From contig CM082585.2 of NCBI GenBank assembly GCA_040954595.2, forward strand, positions 5,109,808 through 5,173,807: a stretch of 64,000 bases of DNA. The letters run 5' to 3'. Every line of letters begins with the position of its first letter. Position 1 is the stretch's first letter. Of the stretch, positions 1 to 12,860 are shown piece after piece. A program made the position numbers and the translations under genes. A model generated the notes under the pieces. The model made no database searches. It saw nothing but the letters and a program-made list of their open reading frames with translations, and was not told where the DNA came from. Source of the stretch: Balanoglossus misakiensis. Lineage: Eukaryota > Animalia > Hemichordata.

Positions 1-529
1 GGTGCAACAGAAACAAATTTAGTCAAGAACAAAAATGTTGTGTAGAATGTAGTCCACGATAAACCTGTAAAAAACTGACTCTTTGTGTTATTTTCTTTAA
101 CTGAAGATGACGACAATTTGAGCCCCTCAAGCTTTTTCACCGATTCCCTTGCTTCATCACGCTCAGCACGAATAAATTGATTTTCTGTTTCTAATTCTTT
201 AAGCGATGACTTTAAACTTAAAATTTCAGCTTGTAACTTTACACAAGAATTACATTTTAAAGAAGATGAATCAAGTGGGTTTAGTCCATGCGAAGTAGGA
301 AGTGGTGTAGCAAGATCATCATCCATGACGCTTGAATTTTCATTTACAGGAAACAATTCTCTACGGCTAGTAGTAGGACCTTCACGTTTCACCTGCTCCT
401 TTTTAACGTTACGTCTGTACCGCTCAAGACTTTGTTGTTGTCTTTTGGCACTACAATCCCCGGAACGATGACAGAACACCGACGGTACCCAATCAGGATG
501 TGTTTTGTCACGGAAAGAAGCAGGTTTCC
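1..529 (-). CDS. THAP-domain putative transposase, coding exon 2 (runs off the left edge)
   Basis: AG acceptor at 531-530; frame continues GKPASFRDKTHPDWVPSVF (THAP AVP-box equivalent), a coiled coil (LQAEILSLKSSLKELETENQFIR) and KSQFFTGLSWTTF, the F[YF]TGL motif that precedes HTH_Tnp_4/DDE_Tnp_4 in THAP-bearing Harbinger/ISL2EU-like transposases; catalytic domain not in window. Confidence 0.75.
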
Positions 530-1058
530 CTGAAAAAGAAAACAAATTCAAACATTCAGTATCATCATTTTATTATAAATATTTTTTTATCAACAATTGC
601 AATTCCAGACTGATGAAAAACATAAACTGGCACATACACACAAGTGACACCCACCCACCCACACATTACATTTGGCCATACACAAGTTCATTTGTTCTGT
701 TTGAAATGTACTTCATAAGAGATAATTTGCTCTCAAGACCCATAAATGTGCCAGTACTTGTCTACCACATTAAATCACGTTGTTCCTGGCTACTCCATGC
801 GGACATCGACACGGGGGGGGGGGGGGGGGGGGGCTGTGGGACTTCCGCATATTTTGGAACATGACGATCGGTCGTTAGCCGGACACTCGCGCGATTAGCG
901 CAAACAGTGATCGTGATTTGAACTCAAATTTGACATCTTTTTTAAAGTTTGATAAGAAAAACAGATAATATCTAACGCAAGGCGTGAAGTTGACACACAC
1001 ACCACTCGATTCAAGGTCAAAACAGTTTCACTTTCAGTGAATATAAAAAATATTTCAC

Positions 1059-1263
1059 CTGATAAAAAATGATCGCCACACAAGACTGCGTGTTTCCCGG
1101 GACTCCATCTTGATCCGTCTCGGTTTTCTTTCCTAACGATCTGGATCCACCGATCACGTCGCTCTCGGGAGGTGTTTGCGTTAGGAAACTTGTGGAAAGA
1201 CACTTTTTTGTCCTTCAGCAAGTTGTGGTTGCTACAGCCAACAGCTTCACAAGATTTAGGCAT
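1059..1263 (-). CDS. THAP-domain putative transposase, coding exon 1
   Basis: MPKSCEAVGCSN...FHKFP...RWIQ...LCGDHFLSG is a canonical C2CH THAP zinc finger; ATG at 1263, GT donor at 1058-1057 (phase 1). Confidence 0.88.
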
Positions 1264-1410
1264 TGTAATGCAAATCGAGATGCAAATCACACGGAAACAA
1301 GTATGCGTTTGCCTTCGTTTACGCTGTACGCCAACGCCGATTGTGTGTTTGTTTTCACCGCGCTCACTCAGAAGAACAAAAGTACCCGGATGTCCCGCGC
1401 CCGAGAATTA

Positions 1411-1621
1411 GGGGAGGACCATTTTATTTCTGAGGGGTGATCATGGAGGATGGGGGGGGGGGTGTTGTGTTGGCAGATGATGTGGAGGAAAAATGCTCCT
1501 TGCAATGTTTTTGGGGAAAAGGTGGACTAGCAATACATTTGCTGAAACATTGGCTGGAAAATTTGCCGACATAACAAAAATTTCCAGCCACTCCACCCCC
1601 AGAAATCAAGTGGTTCTTCCC
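1411..1621. mobile_element. Degenerate PIF/Harbinger-like MITE
   Basis: Imperfect TIRs GGGGAGGACCATTTTATTTCTGAGGGG / CCCCCAGAAATCAAGTGGTTCTTCCC; left flank TTA, right flank TTT. Confidence 0.55.
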
Positions 1622-1781
1622 TTTGCTCCACCCCCACCCCCCCCCCACCCCGTATCACAGAGAAGAACCCACAAATGCAGATTAGGAGACCTAAGACTAA
1701 ATGCAGCTTAACCAATTGCCTTTAATCGTTTATTAGACTTTCAGAACAAGTAAGATTTGAACTGCATGAAATCTATAAGTA

Positions 1782-1962
1782 ATGGCCACTTCAAGAGAGA
1801 GTACTCATCATCAGTATAAGGTTGAAGTATTGAAAGAAGGGTACTCCAAATGTCTAGAGAATGGTGACCAGATTGCAAATGGAACGATTTCCTTAATCCT
1901 CGGTCCACACAACATTATTGTGGACACAGGAAATCCATGGGATGGCAGCGAAATTGTTGAAG
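1782..1962 (+). CDS. MBLAC1: Metallo-beta-lactamase domain-containing protein 1, exon 1
   Basis: MATSRES...VLKEGYS...ANGTISLILGPHNIIVDTGNPWD; GT donor at 1963, phase 1. Confidence 0.9.
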
Positions 1963-2346
1963 GTAATAAGAATTTTAGCTTGGTCTCCATACCAGTTTTT
2001 TTTAGATATATAGAAATTCACACACTGCTCTGGCCTTACCATCAACTATCTGAGCTTTTCAAGACCCGCATGTCAATAGAACTCAAAATGCGATGTCACG
2101 GCAACGAGGTCACCACATGGCCTTGACTCTGACATTGTTCAAGTCAAATTTGAATCACTTTACGCGACACATTACTGATTGGCCGGAGTAATGGCACAGG
2201 TGTACTTCATTATGCTAATTATCCAAAATTATTACAAAGTTGGAATGCAACATTAAAGGCTTTCTAAATCAAAATTTAACGTTTAAGTCCGAAATAAAGT
2301 TTATAATAAAAGTTACTAAATACTGTGATATTACATTCAATTTCAG

Positions 2347-2510
2347 GTTTAGCCAAACATGGTTTAAGTACAGATAATATAGACTATGCAATTGGTACCC
2401 ACGGCCATGTTGATCACATAGGGAATCTGAACCTTTTCCAACAAGCAACTCATATTGTTGGATTTGATATTTGCAAAGGTGATCGATATGCTTCACATCC
2501 ATTCCAAAAT
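2347..2510 (+). CDS. MBLAC1: MBLAC1 exon 2
   Basis: Contains THGHVDHIGNLNLF (HxHxDH metal-binding motif); AG at 2345-2346, GTAAGT at 2511. Confidence 0.92.
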
Positions 2511-2524
2511 GTAAGTACAAATGA

Positions 2525-5500
2525 AAATATAGCTGCAAGCAGCGATGACGGGCACAAGCTTAAGCCGAAGGTCAAAGGTCATATGTGGTCACCCAAAAAT
2601 TGGGCAAAAAGTTTTGACCCCCATACTAGTCCAGGTCCAACAGAAACCAGACCTCTAGCCCTATTGGTTTGTCTGAAATTAGATATGCGCATAATTAATG
2701 ATGTAAAGTGTAAGACTCTATCAATAGTTCGATCCATCCAAACACAAATGCTGTACCTGTTCTGGATGCCGAGATATAGGAAATTAGGTCAAAGGTCACC
2801 TGAGGCCATCCGAAAGTTTAGCAAAAACTTTTGACCCCATACCAGTCCAGGTCCAACAAAAATCAGGCCTCTAACCCTATTGGTTCGCCTAGAATTAGAT
2901 ATGCACATAATTAATGGGGTAAAGTATAAGGCTTCATTAGGAGTTCCATGCCTCCAAATGCCAAGGCTGTATCTGCGCTGGTTGCCGAGATATGGTAAAA
3001 AAGGTCAAAGGTCACCTGAGGTCACCCAAAATTGGGCAAGAAATTTTAACCCCATACTGGTCCATGTTCAACAAAAATCAAACCTCTAGCCCTATTGGCT
3101 AGCCTGGAATTAGGTATGCACATAATTAATGCGATAAGCAGGTGTCACAGGTGACCCCTAATTTTGTCTTTTCAATTTTAGTCACAACCCTCCAAACGCC
3201 AAGTCAGTACCTGCTGTGGATGCCGAGATATAGGAAAGTAGGTCAAAGGTCACCTGAGGTCACCCAAAATTTGGGCAAAAATTTTTGATGCTATACTGAT
3301 CCATGTCCCACAAGAACAAAACCTCTAGCCTTATTAGTTAGCCTGGAATTAGGTATGCACATAATTAATGAGTTAAGCAGGTGTTACAGGTGAGCCCAAA
3401 ATTTTGCCTTTTATTGTGGTCCCATTCTGCTCACGGGCCAATAGAGAGTTACTGTACAGGACCATTGCACAGCCGACGTGGACATAGCGTCATAGCTTAA
3501 CTATAGAAAGTATAGGCCCATGGCTGGGTTCAAAAATATGAAAAATAAAAAAATCTTCTTCTCAAAATAGACTTGGCCCACGGCCTTGACATTTGGCATG
3601 TAGGACACTGACCACATGGTCTGCAAAAATCGCTAAAAGAATTTTGATATCTCCATTCATATGCAAATTAGACCCATTTGAAAACTTTGCCCATATATGG
3701 TCATCAGGTCACATGACTAATTAAACATTCACAGGGATACTGCACCAGCTCTCATAGACCTGCACCATTGTGCCAACTTTGAGATTTGTAGGTTCAGCCG
3801 TTTTCAAGATCTACCTGAGCAAAAAAATTACACAAGAAAAAAAAAAAAGATGAATATAGCTGCAAGCAGCGATGACGGGCCCAAGCTTAAGCCGAAGGTC
3901 AGAGGTCATAAGTGGTCACCCAAAATTTGGGCAAGAAATTTTGACCCCATACTGGTCCGTGTCCCACAAGAACAAAATCTCTAGCCCTATTGGTTTGTCT
4001 GAAATTAGATATGCACATAATTAATTATGTAAAGTGTAAGACTCCATTAATAGTTCGATCCATCCAAACACAAATGCTGTACCTGTTCTGGATGCCAAGA
4101 TATAGCAAAGTAGGTCAAAGGTCACCTGAGGTCACCCAAAATTTGGGCAAATTTTTTTACCCCATACTGATCCATGTCCCACAAGAACAAAACCTCTAGC
4201 CCTATTGGTTAGCCTGGAATTAGGTATGCACATAATTAATGAGATATGCAGGTGTCACTGGTGACCCCTCATTTTGGCTTTTCAATTTTAGTCCCAACCC
4301 TCCAAACGCCAAGTCTTTGCCTGCTCTGGTTGCCAAGATATGGTAAATTAGGTCAAAGGTCACCTGAGGTCATGCAAAATTTGGGCAAGAAATTTTGACC
4401 CTATACTGGTCCATGTTCAACAAAAATCAAACCTCTAACCCTATTGGTTAGCCTGGAATTAGGTATGCACATAATTAATGAGATCAGCAGGTGTCACAGG
4501 TGACCCCCAATTTTGGCTTTTTAATTATAGTCCCAACCCTCCAAACGCCAAGTCTGTACCTGCTATTGATGCGGAGATATAGGACAGTAGGTCAAAGGTC
4601 ACCTGAGGTCACCCAAAATTTGGGCAAATTTTTTTACCCTATACTGGTCCATGTTCAACAAAAACCAAACCTTTAGCCCTATTGGTTAGTCTGGAATTAG
4701 GTATGCACATAATTAATGAGATAAGCAGGTGTCACAGGTGACCCCCAATTTTGGCTTTTCAATTTTAGTCCCAACCCTCCAAACGCCAAGTCTGTAACTG
4801 CTCTGGATGCGGAGATATAGGAAAGTAGGTCAAAGGTCACCTAAAGGTCACCCAGAATTTGGGCAAATTTTTTTAACCCCATACTGATCCATGACCAACA
4901 AGAACGAAACCTCTAGCCCTATTAGTTGCCCCGGAATTAGGTATGCACATAATTAATGAGTTTAGCAGGTGTTACAGGTGAGCCCGAAATTTTGCCTTTT
5001 AATTTGGTCCCATTCTGCTCACGGGCCAGTAGGCAGTCACTGTACAGGACCATTGCACAGACGTGTACATGGCGTCATAGCTTAACTATAGAAAGTATAG
5101 GCCCATGGCTGGGTCCAAAAATATGAAAAACTACTAATATTTACAATTCTTCTTCATAAAATAGACTTGGCCCAAGGCCTTGATATTTGGCATGTAGGAC
5201 ACTGATCACATGGTCCACAAAAGTTGCTAAAAGAATTTCGATATCTCCATTCATATGCAAATTAGGCCCATTTGAAAACTTTGTCGATATATGGTCTTCA
5301 GGTCACATGACTAATTAAACATTCACAGGGATACTGCACCAGCTCTCATAGGCCTGCACCATTGTGCCAAGTTTGAGATTTGTAGGTTCAGCCGTTTTCA
5401 AGATCTACCTGAGCAAAAAAACTACACAAGAAAAAAAAAAAGATGAAATATAGCTGCAAGCAGCGATGACGGGCACAAGCTTAAGCCGAAGGTAAAAGGT

Positions 5501-6826
5501 CATATGTGGTCACCCAAAATTTGGGCAAAAAGTTTTGACCCCATACTAGTCCAGGTCCAACAGAAACCAGACCTCTTGCCCTATTGGTTTGTCTGAAATT
5601 AGATATGCGCATAATGAATGATGTAAAGTGTAAGACTCCATTAATAGTTCGATCCATCCAAACACAAATGCTGTACCTGTTCTGGATGCCGAGATATATG
5701 AAAGTAGGTCAAAGGTCACCTGAGGCCACCCGAAAGTTAGGCAAAAAAATTTGACCCCATACTAGTCCTGGTCCAACAAAAACCAGACCTCTAGCCCTAT
5801 TGGTTCGCCTAGAATTAGATATGCACATAATTAATGAGGTAAAGTATAAGGCTCCATTAGGAGTTCCATGCCTCCAAATGCCAAGGCTGTATCTGCGTGG
5901 GTTGCCGAGATATGATAAAGTAGGTCAAAGGTCACCTGAGGTCACCCAAAATTGGGCAAGAAATTTTAACCCCATACTAGTCCATGTTCAACAAAAATCA
6001 AACCTCTAGCCCTATTGGCTAGCCTGGAATTAGGTATGCACATAATTAATGAGATAAGCAGGTGTCACAGGTGACCCCCAATTTTGTCTTTTCAATTTTA
6101 GTCACAACCCTCCAAACGCCAAGTCTGTACCTGCTGTGGATGCCGAGATATAGGAGATTAGGTCAAAGGTCACCTGAGGTCACCCAAAATTTGGGCAAAA
6201 ATTTTTGATCCCATACTGGTCCATGTCCCACAAGAACAAAACCTCTAGCCGTATTAGTTAGCCTGGAATTAGTTATGCACATAATTAATGAGTTAAGCAG
6301 GTGTTACAGGTGAGCCCAATATTTTGCCTTTTATTGTGGTCCCATTCTGCTCAAGGGCCAATAGACAGTCACTGTACAGGACCATTGCACAGCCAACGTG
6401 GACATATAGCGTGATAGCTTAACTATAGAAAGTATAGGCCTATGGCTGGGTCCAAAAATATGAAAAATAAAAAAATCTTCTTCTCAAAATAGACTTGGCC
6501 CACGGCCTTGACATTTGGCATGTAGGACACTGACCACATGGTCTGCAAAAATCGCTAAAAGAATTTTGATATCTCCATTCATATGCAAATTAGGCCCATT
6601 TGAAAACTTTGCCCATAGATGGTCATCAGGTCACATGACTTATTAAACATTCACGAGGGTACAGCACCAGCTCTCATAGGCCTGCACCACTGTGCCAAGT
6701 TTGAGATTTGTAGGTTCAGCCGTTTTCAAGATCCTGTTGGGCAAAAAAACGACACAAGAAAAAAAAAAAGAAGAAAAAACCCAGTAATACCAATAGGGCA
6801 CAAGCCTGCTTGGCTTGTGCCCTAAT
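2525..6826 (-). mobile_element. Non-autonomous Helentron-like (HINE) element, three-unit head-to-tail concatemer in MBLAC1 intron 2
   Basis: One palindromic end TAGGGCACAAGC-N7-GCTTGTGCCCTA (6794-6824); three copies of the other end (minus strand: GCTTG[T/G]GCCC subTIR, GCTGC-TT-GCAGC hairpin, TATATT) at about 2525, 3853 and 5447; internal 215-240 bp tandem subrepeats; no TSD seen. Confidence 0.78.
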
Positions 6827-7206
6827 TATTGGTATGAGAGTCAGAGTGAAATTTTAAAATTATCTGTTGAGTGGATAATACCAGAAGAAGAAGAGGAGTA
6901 TTAAATTATCTAAAGAAAACATTGTGTCACTATGCTTGATGTTTTGATAGAGCTGTTCAGATATTTTCACCATACTGTAGCATTAGGAGCATGAGAAAAT
7001 TGCTGACTCAGCATTTTCCACAATAATGAGGTCCCCCTTACAGAAAAAAATTAGGATGGGCATACCCTGGTACATTTGTACCTCTTAATTTTTGTAATTT
7101 AAAATTCATTGCTATGCAATATATATAAAAATCAGGAAAATGACAATATTCCAAATTTTGAGTAGACCACTAACGAACTTATCATTGATGACATTGTCTT
7201 TCACAG

Positions 7207-7321
7207 GGTAGCAGCTATGAAATTGATGAGCATGTCACGGTTCTACCCACACCAGGACATACACACAGTGATGTCAGTGTTGTTGTCAAGGATACCGAAT
7301 TAGGTACTGTGGTCATTGCAG
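7207..7321 (+). CDS. MBLAC1: MBLAC1 exon 3
   Basis: GSSYEIDEHVTVLPTPGHTHSDVSVVV...GTVVIAG (TPGHT motif); AG/GT flanks keep the frame. Confidence 0.92.
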
Positions 7322-7585
7322 GTAGGTCGGCCATATTGTTTTTGGTCACACAGAGTGCTCTATTTTTAAGTGAATTTTTTTGTTCTTTCGTAAAAGGCTG
7401 GCCTGGTTGTTTTGAATTTGGCGTAGCAGCATGCAGGAATGTTCTGATCTGGGGAAAAAATCATCAATATTTTATTTTTATTTCATATGGAACCTAATTA
7501 AAATGGACACAAAGAAATACCAGTATGGCACCATTTGAAACTAAATCATGAAGGCTACAGTTTGCAAATTGTCTTTCATTTGCAG

Positions 7586-7770
7586 GTGATTTGTTTGAAT
7601 GTATGGAAGATTTAGAAGACCCCTCCATCTGGAAGGAGCTCAGTGAAAATGCTGCACTACAAGAAATGAACAGAAAGAAAATCTTGGACATTGCTGACTA
7701 CATAATTCCAGGTCATGGCAGAATGTTTAAAGTGAAAGACACTGACCGAGCACAAACTAAAAAGAGCTAA
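7586..7770 (+). CDS. MBLAC1: MBLAC1 exon 4 (stop TAA 7768-7770; spliced protein 214 aa)
   Basis: GDLFECMEDLEDPSIW...ILDIADYIIPGHGRMF (GD and PGHG motifs). Confidence 0.92.
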
Positions 7771-8199
7771 GTAGAACGCATGGATGGACACCGTCACAGC
7801 CAGGTTTTCATCGATGAGGTGGTTTAATGATTTTGATTTCAAACTCTTGTAGGTTTACATCAAAGTCGTAGGTTTACAAAAACTATTGACTTTCAGCGAT
7901 TAGGTTAACTTTTGTCTTGAGTTTCAACTCACACAAACTGAATAGGTTTACCGTAAGTGTTGTAGTTTTTTTTACAAGTCTCGCAGAATTGTTGCAGTTT
8001 TCAATTCTAAAGTAGTGTTAAAGCAAATTGCTGATGGCTCTGCCCTGGAATTGAACCTGGCAATTTACTTTGTGAGATATCTTTGACCATTTTAGATCCT
8101 TTTAAATACTGAATGTTAAAGTGATCATGTAATGCATTGCTCAAACTGTAGAAATGATCCTATTTAAAAAACAAGTGGGCTGGCAGATTTTTATTATGC

Positions 8200-8345
8200 T
8201 AAGGAGAAACCGAAATGTGGCAAGCTTTCACTGTCTAAATCACTTCCATTTTTGTGGAATTCTCTACCGGACTACATTAGTGATAATGTTAATATTTTTA
8301 AATCTATGCTGAAGACACACCTTTTTTAAGGTGGCCTTCTTTTAA
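8200..8345 (+). mobile_element. Degenerate 3' fragment of an L2/CR1-type LINE, in the probable MBLAC1 3' UTR
   Basis: Translates as FLWNSLPDYISDNVNIFKSMLKTHLF, matching the typical L2/CR1 ORF2 C-terminus (LWNSLP...FKSxLKTHLF). Confidence 0.6.
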
Positions 8346-9819
8346 ATTTCTGGGGTTTTTTTGGCCAGCTCGTTTATACCAGTATTATGCTGGTATTGTT
8401 TTTAACTGTGGATTTGATAGCTATGTATCATTTTTTACTTTATGCATTCAGATACAGTTCTATCTTGAATAACAATGCAAAATGTAGTTGGCTCTTAAAG
8501 ATTGCTTAATGAAATAAACCGTCTTCAAAGTTTGTTGTGTGTGTGAAATTATAAAACAGCAAAACCTGTATTAGAGGCCACCTGTATATAGTGGCCACTC
8601 TGTTACAGCCCCTTACTGTGCAATGTACATGTGCATTAATTGTCTATGAAGGCCAGTTTAGGACAGTCCCTTGACACAAGCTGTTATCAACTGGTTCAAC
8701 TGAAATGTAGCAAATAAAAAACTGCTGAGTCAGCATTTATTCATTATCATTGAATGAAAAAAAAGTCCATCAAAGTCAAGGCCGGAGGTCAATCTAGATG
8801 AAACATGCAGGTCATATGAATCTAACAAATAAGAATATTCCAAATATTCATAAGCAAGTCTGAAATTGCCCCCCCCCCCCCTAGCATTGTTCGGTTTATT
8901 TGAATGTGAATATGAGAAATAAAACCACGTAACTGAGAGTGCCATTTTTGCTAACTTTTTCGTACTAAATTTTTTAGCAAATGTTTAAAGTTTTAAAACT
9001 GCATGAAAATATAGCGGACCGACAATGGATCACCCACAGGGATCTCCTTCTGTGCTTTTATCGTGTGTGTGTGGTTGTTGTTATTGATTGGCATAATAAA
9101 CAAATAAATATGTCCACGTTTGTTTGTTGACATGTTAGGTATATTAAACAGTTAGGGTTGGGATTTATTCGAATTCGGCCCTGACCACAGGGGGCTGCAA
9201 ACATTAAAGTTATAAATGGCGGAGTTCTGATCCGCATTTCCCCCAATAAACAGTACTTGCTGAACAGTCTCAGTGCTTGTTATTTTTTCTGTGTTACCCC
9301 CTCCTGCCTTATCAGTTGCTAATCCGGAATACAAGCTATCGAATTTCCCATTAAGCACCTGCTAATGACATAATCTGTGTGCCTCATCCACAGATTAAGT
9401 GGATAAAGTAAACATTGGTCAGTTCTCACTTGTTATACCCAGTGCCTGGTCTAGTTTGTTTCTCCACATGGGGTGCTCCCTCTGCGTTTATGGTCACGTG
9501 TGTTTGTTGACATTTTAATAATCAAAGGTAAGGGTTAGTGATTTTCCTCCCAATATACAAAAAGAGCAAAAACATGGCCATCGCCTGGTATTGCTACATG
9601 CCCCATCAATCGCCCATAGAATCCATATATACAGCTGGGGTGAGACGTGATGCAACTATAGCAACGCCTTGAAAGACCCGCAAAACTGCTTCATCATGGC
9701 GAGTGAGTTCAAAATGTAGCAAACTTGGTTTATTATTGACTTTGATACAGTTTATGTGAAAGTGCGTCGTGCTCGACCAGTCCTATGGAAAGCCACAGCT
9801 GTCTTAAGTCCATTGTTAC

Positions 9820-10150
9820 CATTATACGACGCTTATACATCATTATACAATGTGCATACATCATTATACGCTGCTTGTGCAACGTTATACGATGTGAATA
9901 CATCATTATACATTGCCCATACATCATTATACGACGCTCATACATCTTTATACAATGTGCATACATCATTATACGCTGCTTGTGCATCGTTATACGCTGT
10001 GAATACATCATTATACATTGCCCATACATCATTATACGCTGCCCATACATCTTTATACAATATGTATACAGCATTATACGCTGTGCATACATCATTATAC
10101 GCTGTGCCTACATCATTATACGCTGTGCCTACATCATTATACGTCGCTCA
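9820..10150 (+). repeat. 21-bp minisatellite (CATACATCATTATACGCTGTG-like), left arm
   Basis: 7-aa periodicity in all ORFs (HTSLYAV); about 15 units. Confidence 0.9.
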
Positions 10151-10265
10151 TTCACCATGATACTATGCCCGTTCAACATACGGTGCGCGTTTGGCTTTAT
10201 ACTATGCAGACATGTCATTATGATATGCTATGCCTAACCGCAATTCCGTCAAAGAGGGCGCACTT

Positions 10266-11515
10266 TTCGGGTTTTTCTTTCTTTATTCTCCTGTCAATCT
10301 TCGGCCAACTAGATCTCTGAAACTACTGCAGGTACACTTCTCAAACTTGCAACAGTGGTCAAGGTCAATGAGTAGATGTGCAGTGGCTTGTGAATATTTA
10401 ATTAGTCACGTGACCTGGCGGCCTTATTGGATTTCGTGAAAAAATGCAAATCTCAGATCTCAGAAACTACAAGTCTGATCACCTTTAAATTTGGCGTGCA
10501 GGTAGACTACCGTTTGTCCATCATTTTTGTAATTGGAAATTATGCTGTCAAAGTTGCAGGTTTTTTGCTACAATTGTTTTTCTGAAAAACTACTTAAAAC
10601 TTTAAAAAATCTTCTCCTCCAGAACCAGCGATTGCCGAGTCACGGGATTCGGGGTATGTGGTCACCTAACCTATGTCTATATAGTATGCGAAGCGCACTG
10701 TGATTGGTCTATCGTTATGGCGGCCATATTGGATTTTCGGAAAACCATTGAAAAATGAAAATTCCGTTTTGTAGCCAAAATGATGACAGCACGGAAAATC
10801 TTTTTGTGGATATGAGTCATCATATGACCGGAACTTGTCACAATTATTATTATTATTATTATTTTTTTTTTTTTTTGGGGGGGGGGTCCAATTTTCCCAT
10901 GACCTTTGACCCAGTTTTAAAACAACTAATTATATATGCATATGCCTTGTACCTCCTCTTGCAACAGCACCACAGTCATGAAATTTGTGGACATGGGTAC
11001 CACTGCTACCAGGACATGACACAAATATTTTGGGAATTTTATCAATGACCTTTGACCTATTTCTGAAACATCATTTTTCTGCATATCTTATTCCAGGCTA
11101 ACCAATAGGGCTAGAGGTCGTGTGTTTGTTGGACATGGTCCACTATGGGGTCAACATTTTATGCCCAAATTTTGGGTGACCTTGGGTGACCTTTGATCTA
11201 ATTTCCCATATCTCAGCAGCGGCAGCAGTTAGAGCCCTGGCTTTTGGGGGGATTGAGCACAATGGAGTCTTACACAAGACTTCATTAATTATGTGCATAC
11301 CTAATTCTAGGCGAACCAATAGGGCTACGGGTCTGGTTTTTGTTGGACGCAGACTAGTATGAGGTCCAATATTTTTGCGCAAATATGGGGTGACCTCAGG
11401 TGACTTTTGACTTACTTTCCCATATCTTGGTATCCACAGCAGATACAGCCTTGGCATTTGCTGGTTACCATGGGAACCGCTTGTGCCCCGCCAACGCTGC
11501 TTGCAGCTTTAATTT
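10266..11515 (+). mobile_element. 5'-truncated HINE related to the MBLAC1 intron element
   Basis: Ends GCTTGTGCCCCGCCAACGCTGCTTGCAGCTTTAATTT (same subTIR and hairpin); 11050-11460 resembles the subrepeat of the intron element in reverse; internal (ATT)n. Confidence 0.7.
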
Positions 11516-11989
11516 AATCTGTACTTGTTATGTATGACATTTTTCTCACCCAAAAAATGTTTATTCAAGCCGAAAATTTCAAAATTATATCTTTTTATCA
11601 TCGAAGTATGTTTCTCGATGATAAAATATGTATTAAACAATTTCTGATGTGCAAAAACTGTGATTTGGTGCCAAAAATATCATACATAACATGTCGAAAG
11701 AGTTTGATCAAATATATTCATATTTTTACAGAGTTATAAAAACTTATTTTCATACTCGTACTGCAGATGCCAAACCGCGATGGTCGCCCGAAAATGCTTA
11801 ACTACATGTACTTTCAGTCTCTCGAAACCAAAACCGAATCCAAGTCTTACTTCAGTACCGTCATGTGTATAAGTGCGCCCTCTTTGACGGAATTGGGGTT
11901 AGGAATAGCATATCATAATGACATGTCGGCATAGTATAAAGCCAAACGCGCACCGTATGTTGAATGGGCATAGTATCATGGTGAATGAG

Positions 11990-12860
11990 CGACGCATAAT
12001 GATGTATGCACAGCGTATAATGATGCACAAGCAGCGTATAATGATGTATAAGCGTCGTATAATGATGCATAAGCGTCGTATAATGATGTATCCACAGCGT
12101 ATAATGATGTATCCACAGCGTATAATGATGCACAAGCAGCGTATAATGATGTATGCACATCGTATAATGATATATGCACATTGTATAATGATGTATACAC
12201 ATTGTATAAAGATGTATGAGCGTCGTATAATGATGTATGCACATTGTATAATGATGTATGCATATCGTATAATGATGTATGCACATTGTATAATGATATA
12301 TGCACATTGTATAATGATGTATGTACATTGTATAATGATGTATGAGCGTCATTTTATGATGTATGCACAGCGTATACTGATCGCACATTGTATAGTGATG
12401 TATGAGCATCGTATAATGAAGTACGACCAGCGTATAATGTTGTATGCACATTGTATAAAGATGTACGACCAGCATATAGTGTTGTATGCACATCGTATAA
12501 TGATGTACGAGTGTTGTATAATGATGTACGAGTGTTGTATAATGATGTACGAGCAGCGTATAATGATGTATGAGCGTCGTATAATGATGTACGACCAGCA
12601 TATAATGATATATGCACATTGTATAATGATGTACGAGTGTCGTATAATGATGTACAAGCAGCGTATAATCATGTATGAGCGTTGTATAAAGATGTACGAC
12701 CAGCATATAATGTTGTATGCCCATCGTATAATGATATATGCACATTGTATAATGATGTACGAGTGTCGTATAATGATGTACGAACAGCGTATAATGATGT
12801 ATGAGCATCGTATAATGATGAATGCACATTGTATAAAGATGTATGAGCGTCGTATAATGG
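11990..12860 (-). repeat. 21-bp minisatellite, right arm (inverted, expanded)
   Basis: Same unit in reverse orientation; about 40 units. Confidence 0.9.

Noticed and set aside
2880-6009. Recurring 61-69 aa ORFs (MVRLELDMHIIN...)
   Set aside because: Chance ORFs in the HINE subrepeat; interrupted in other copies
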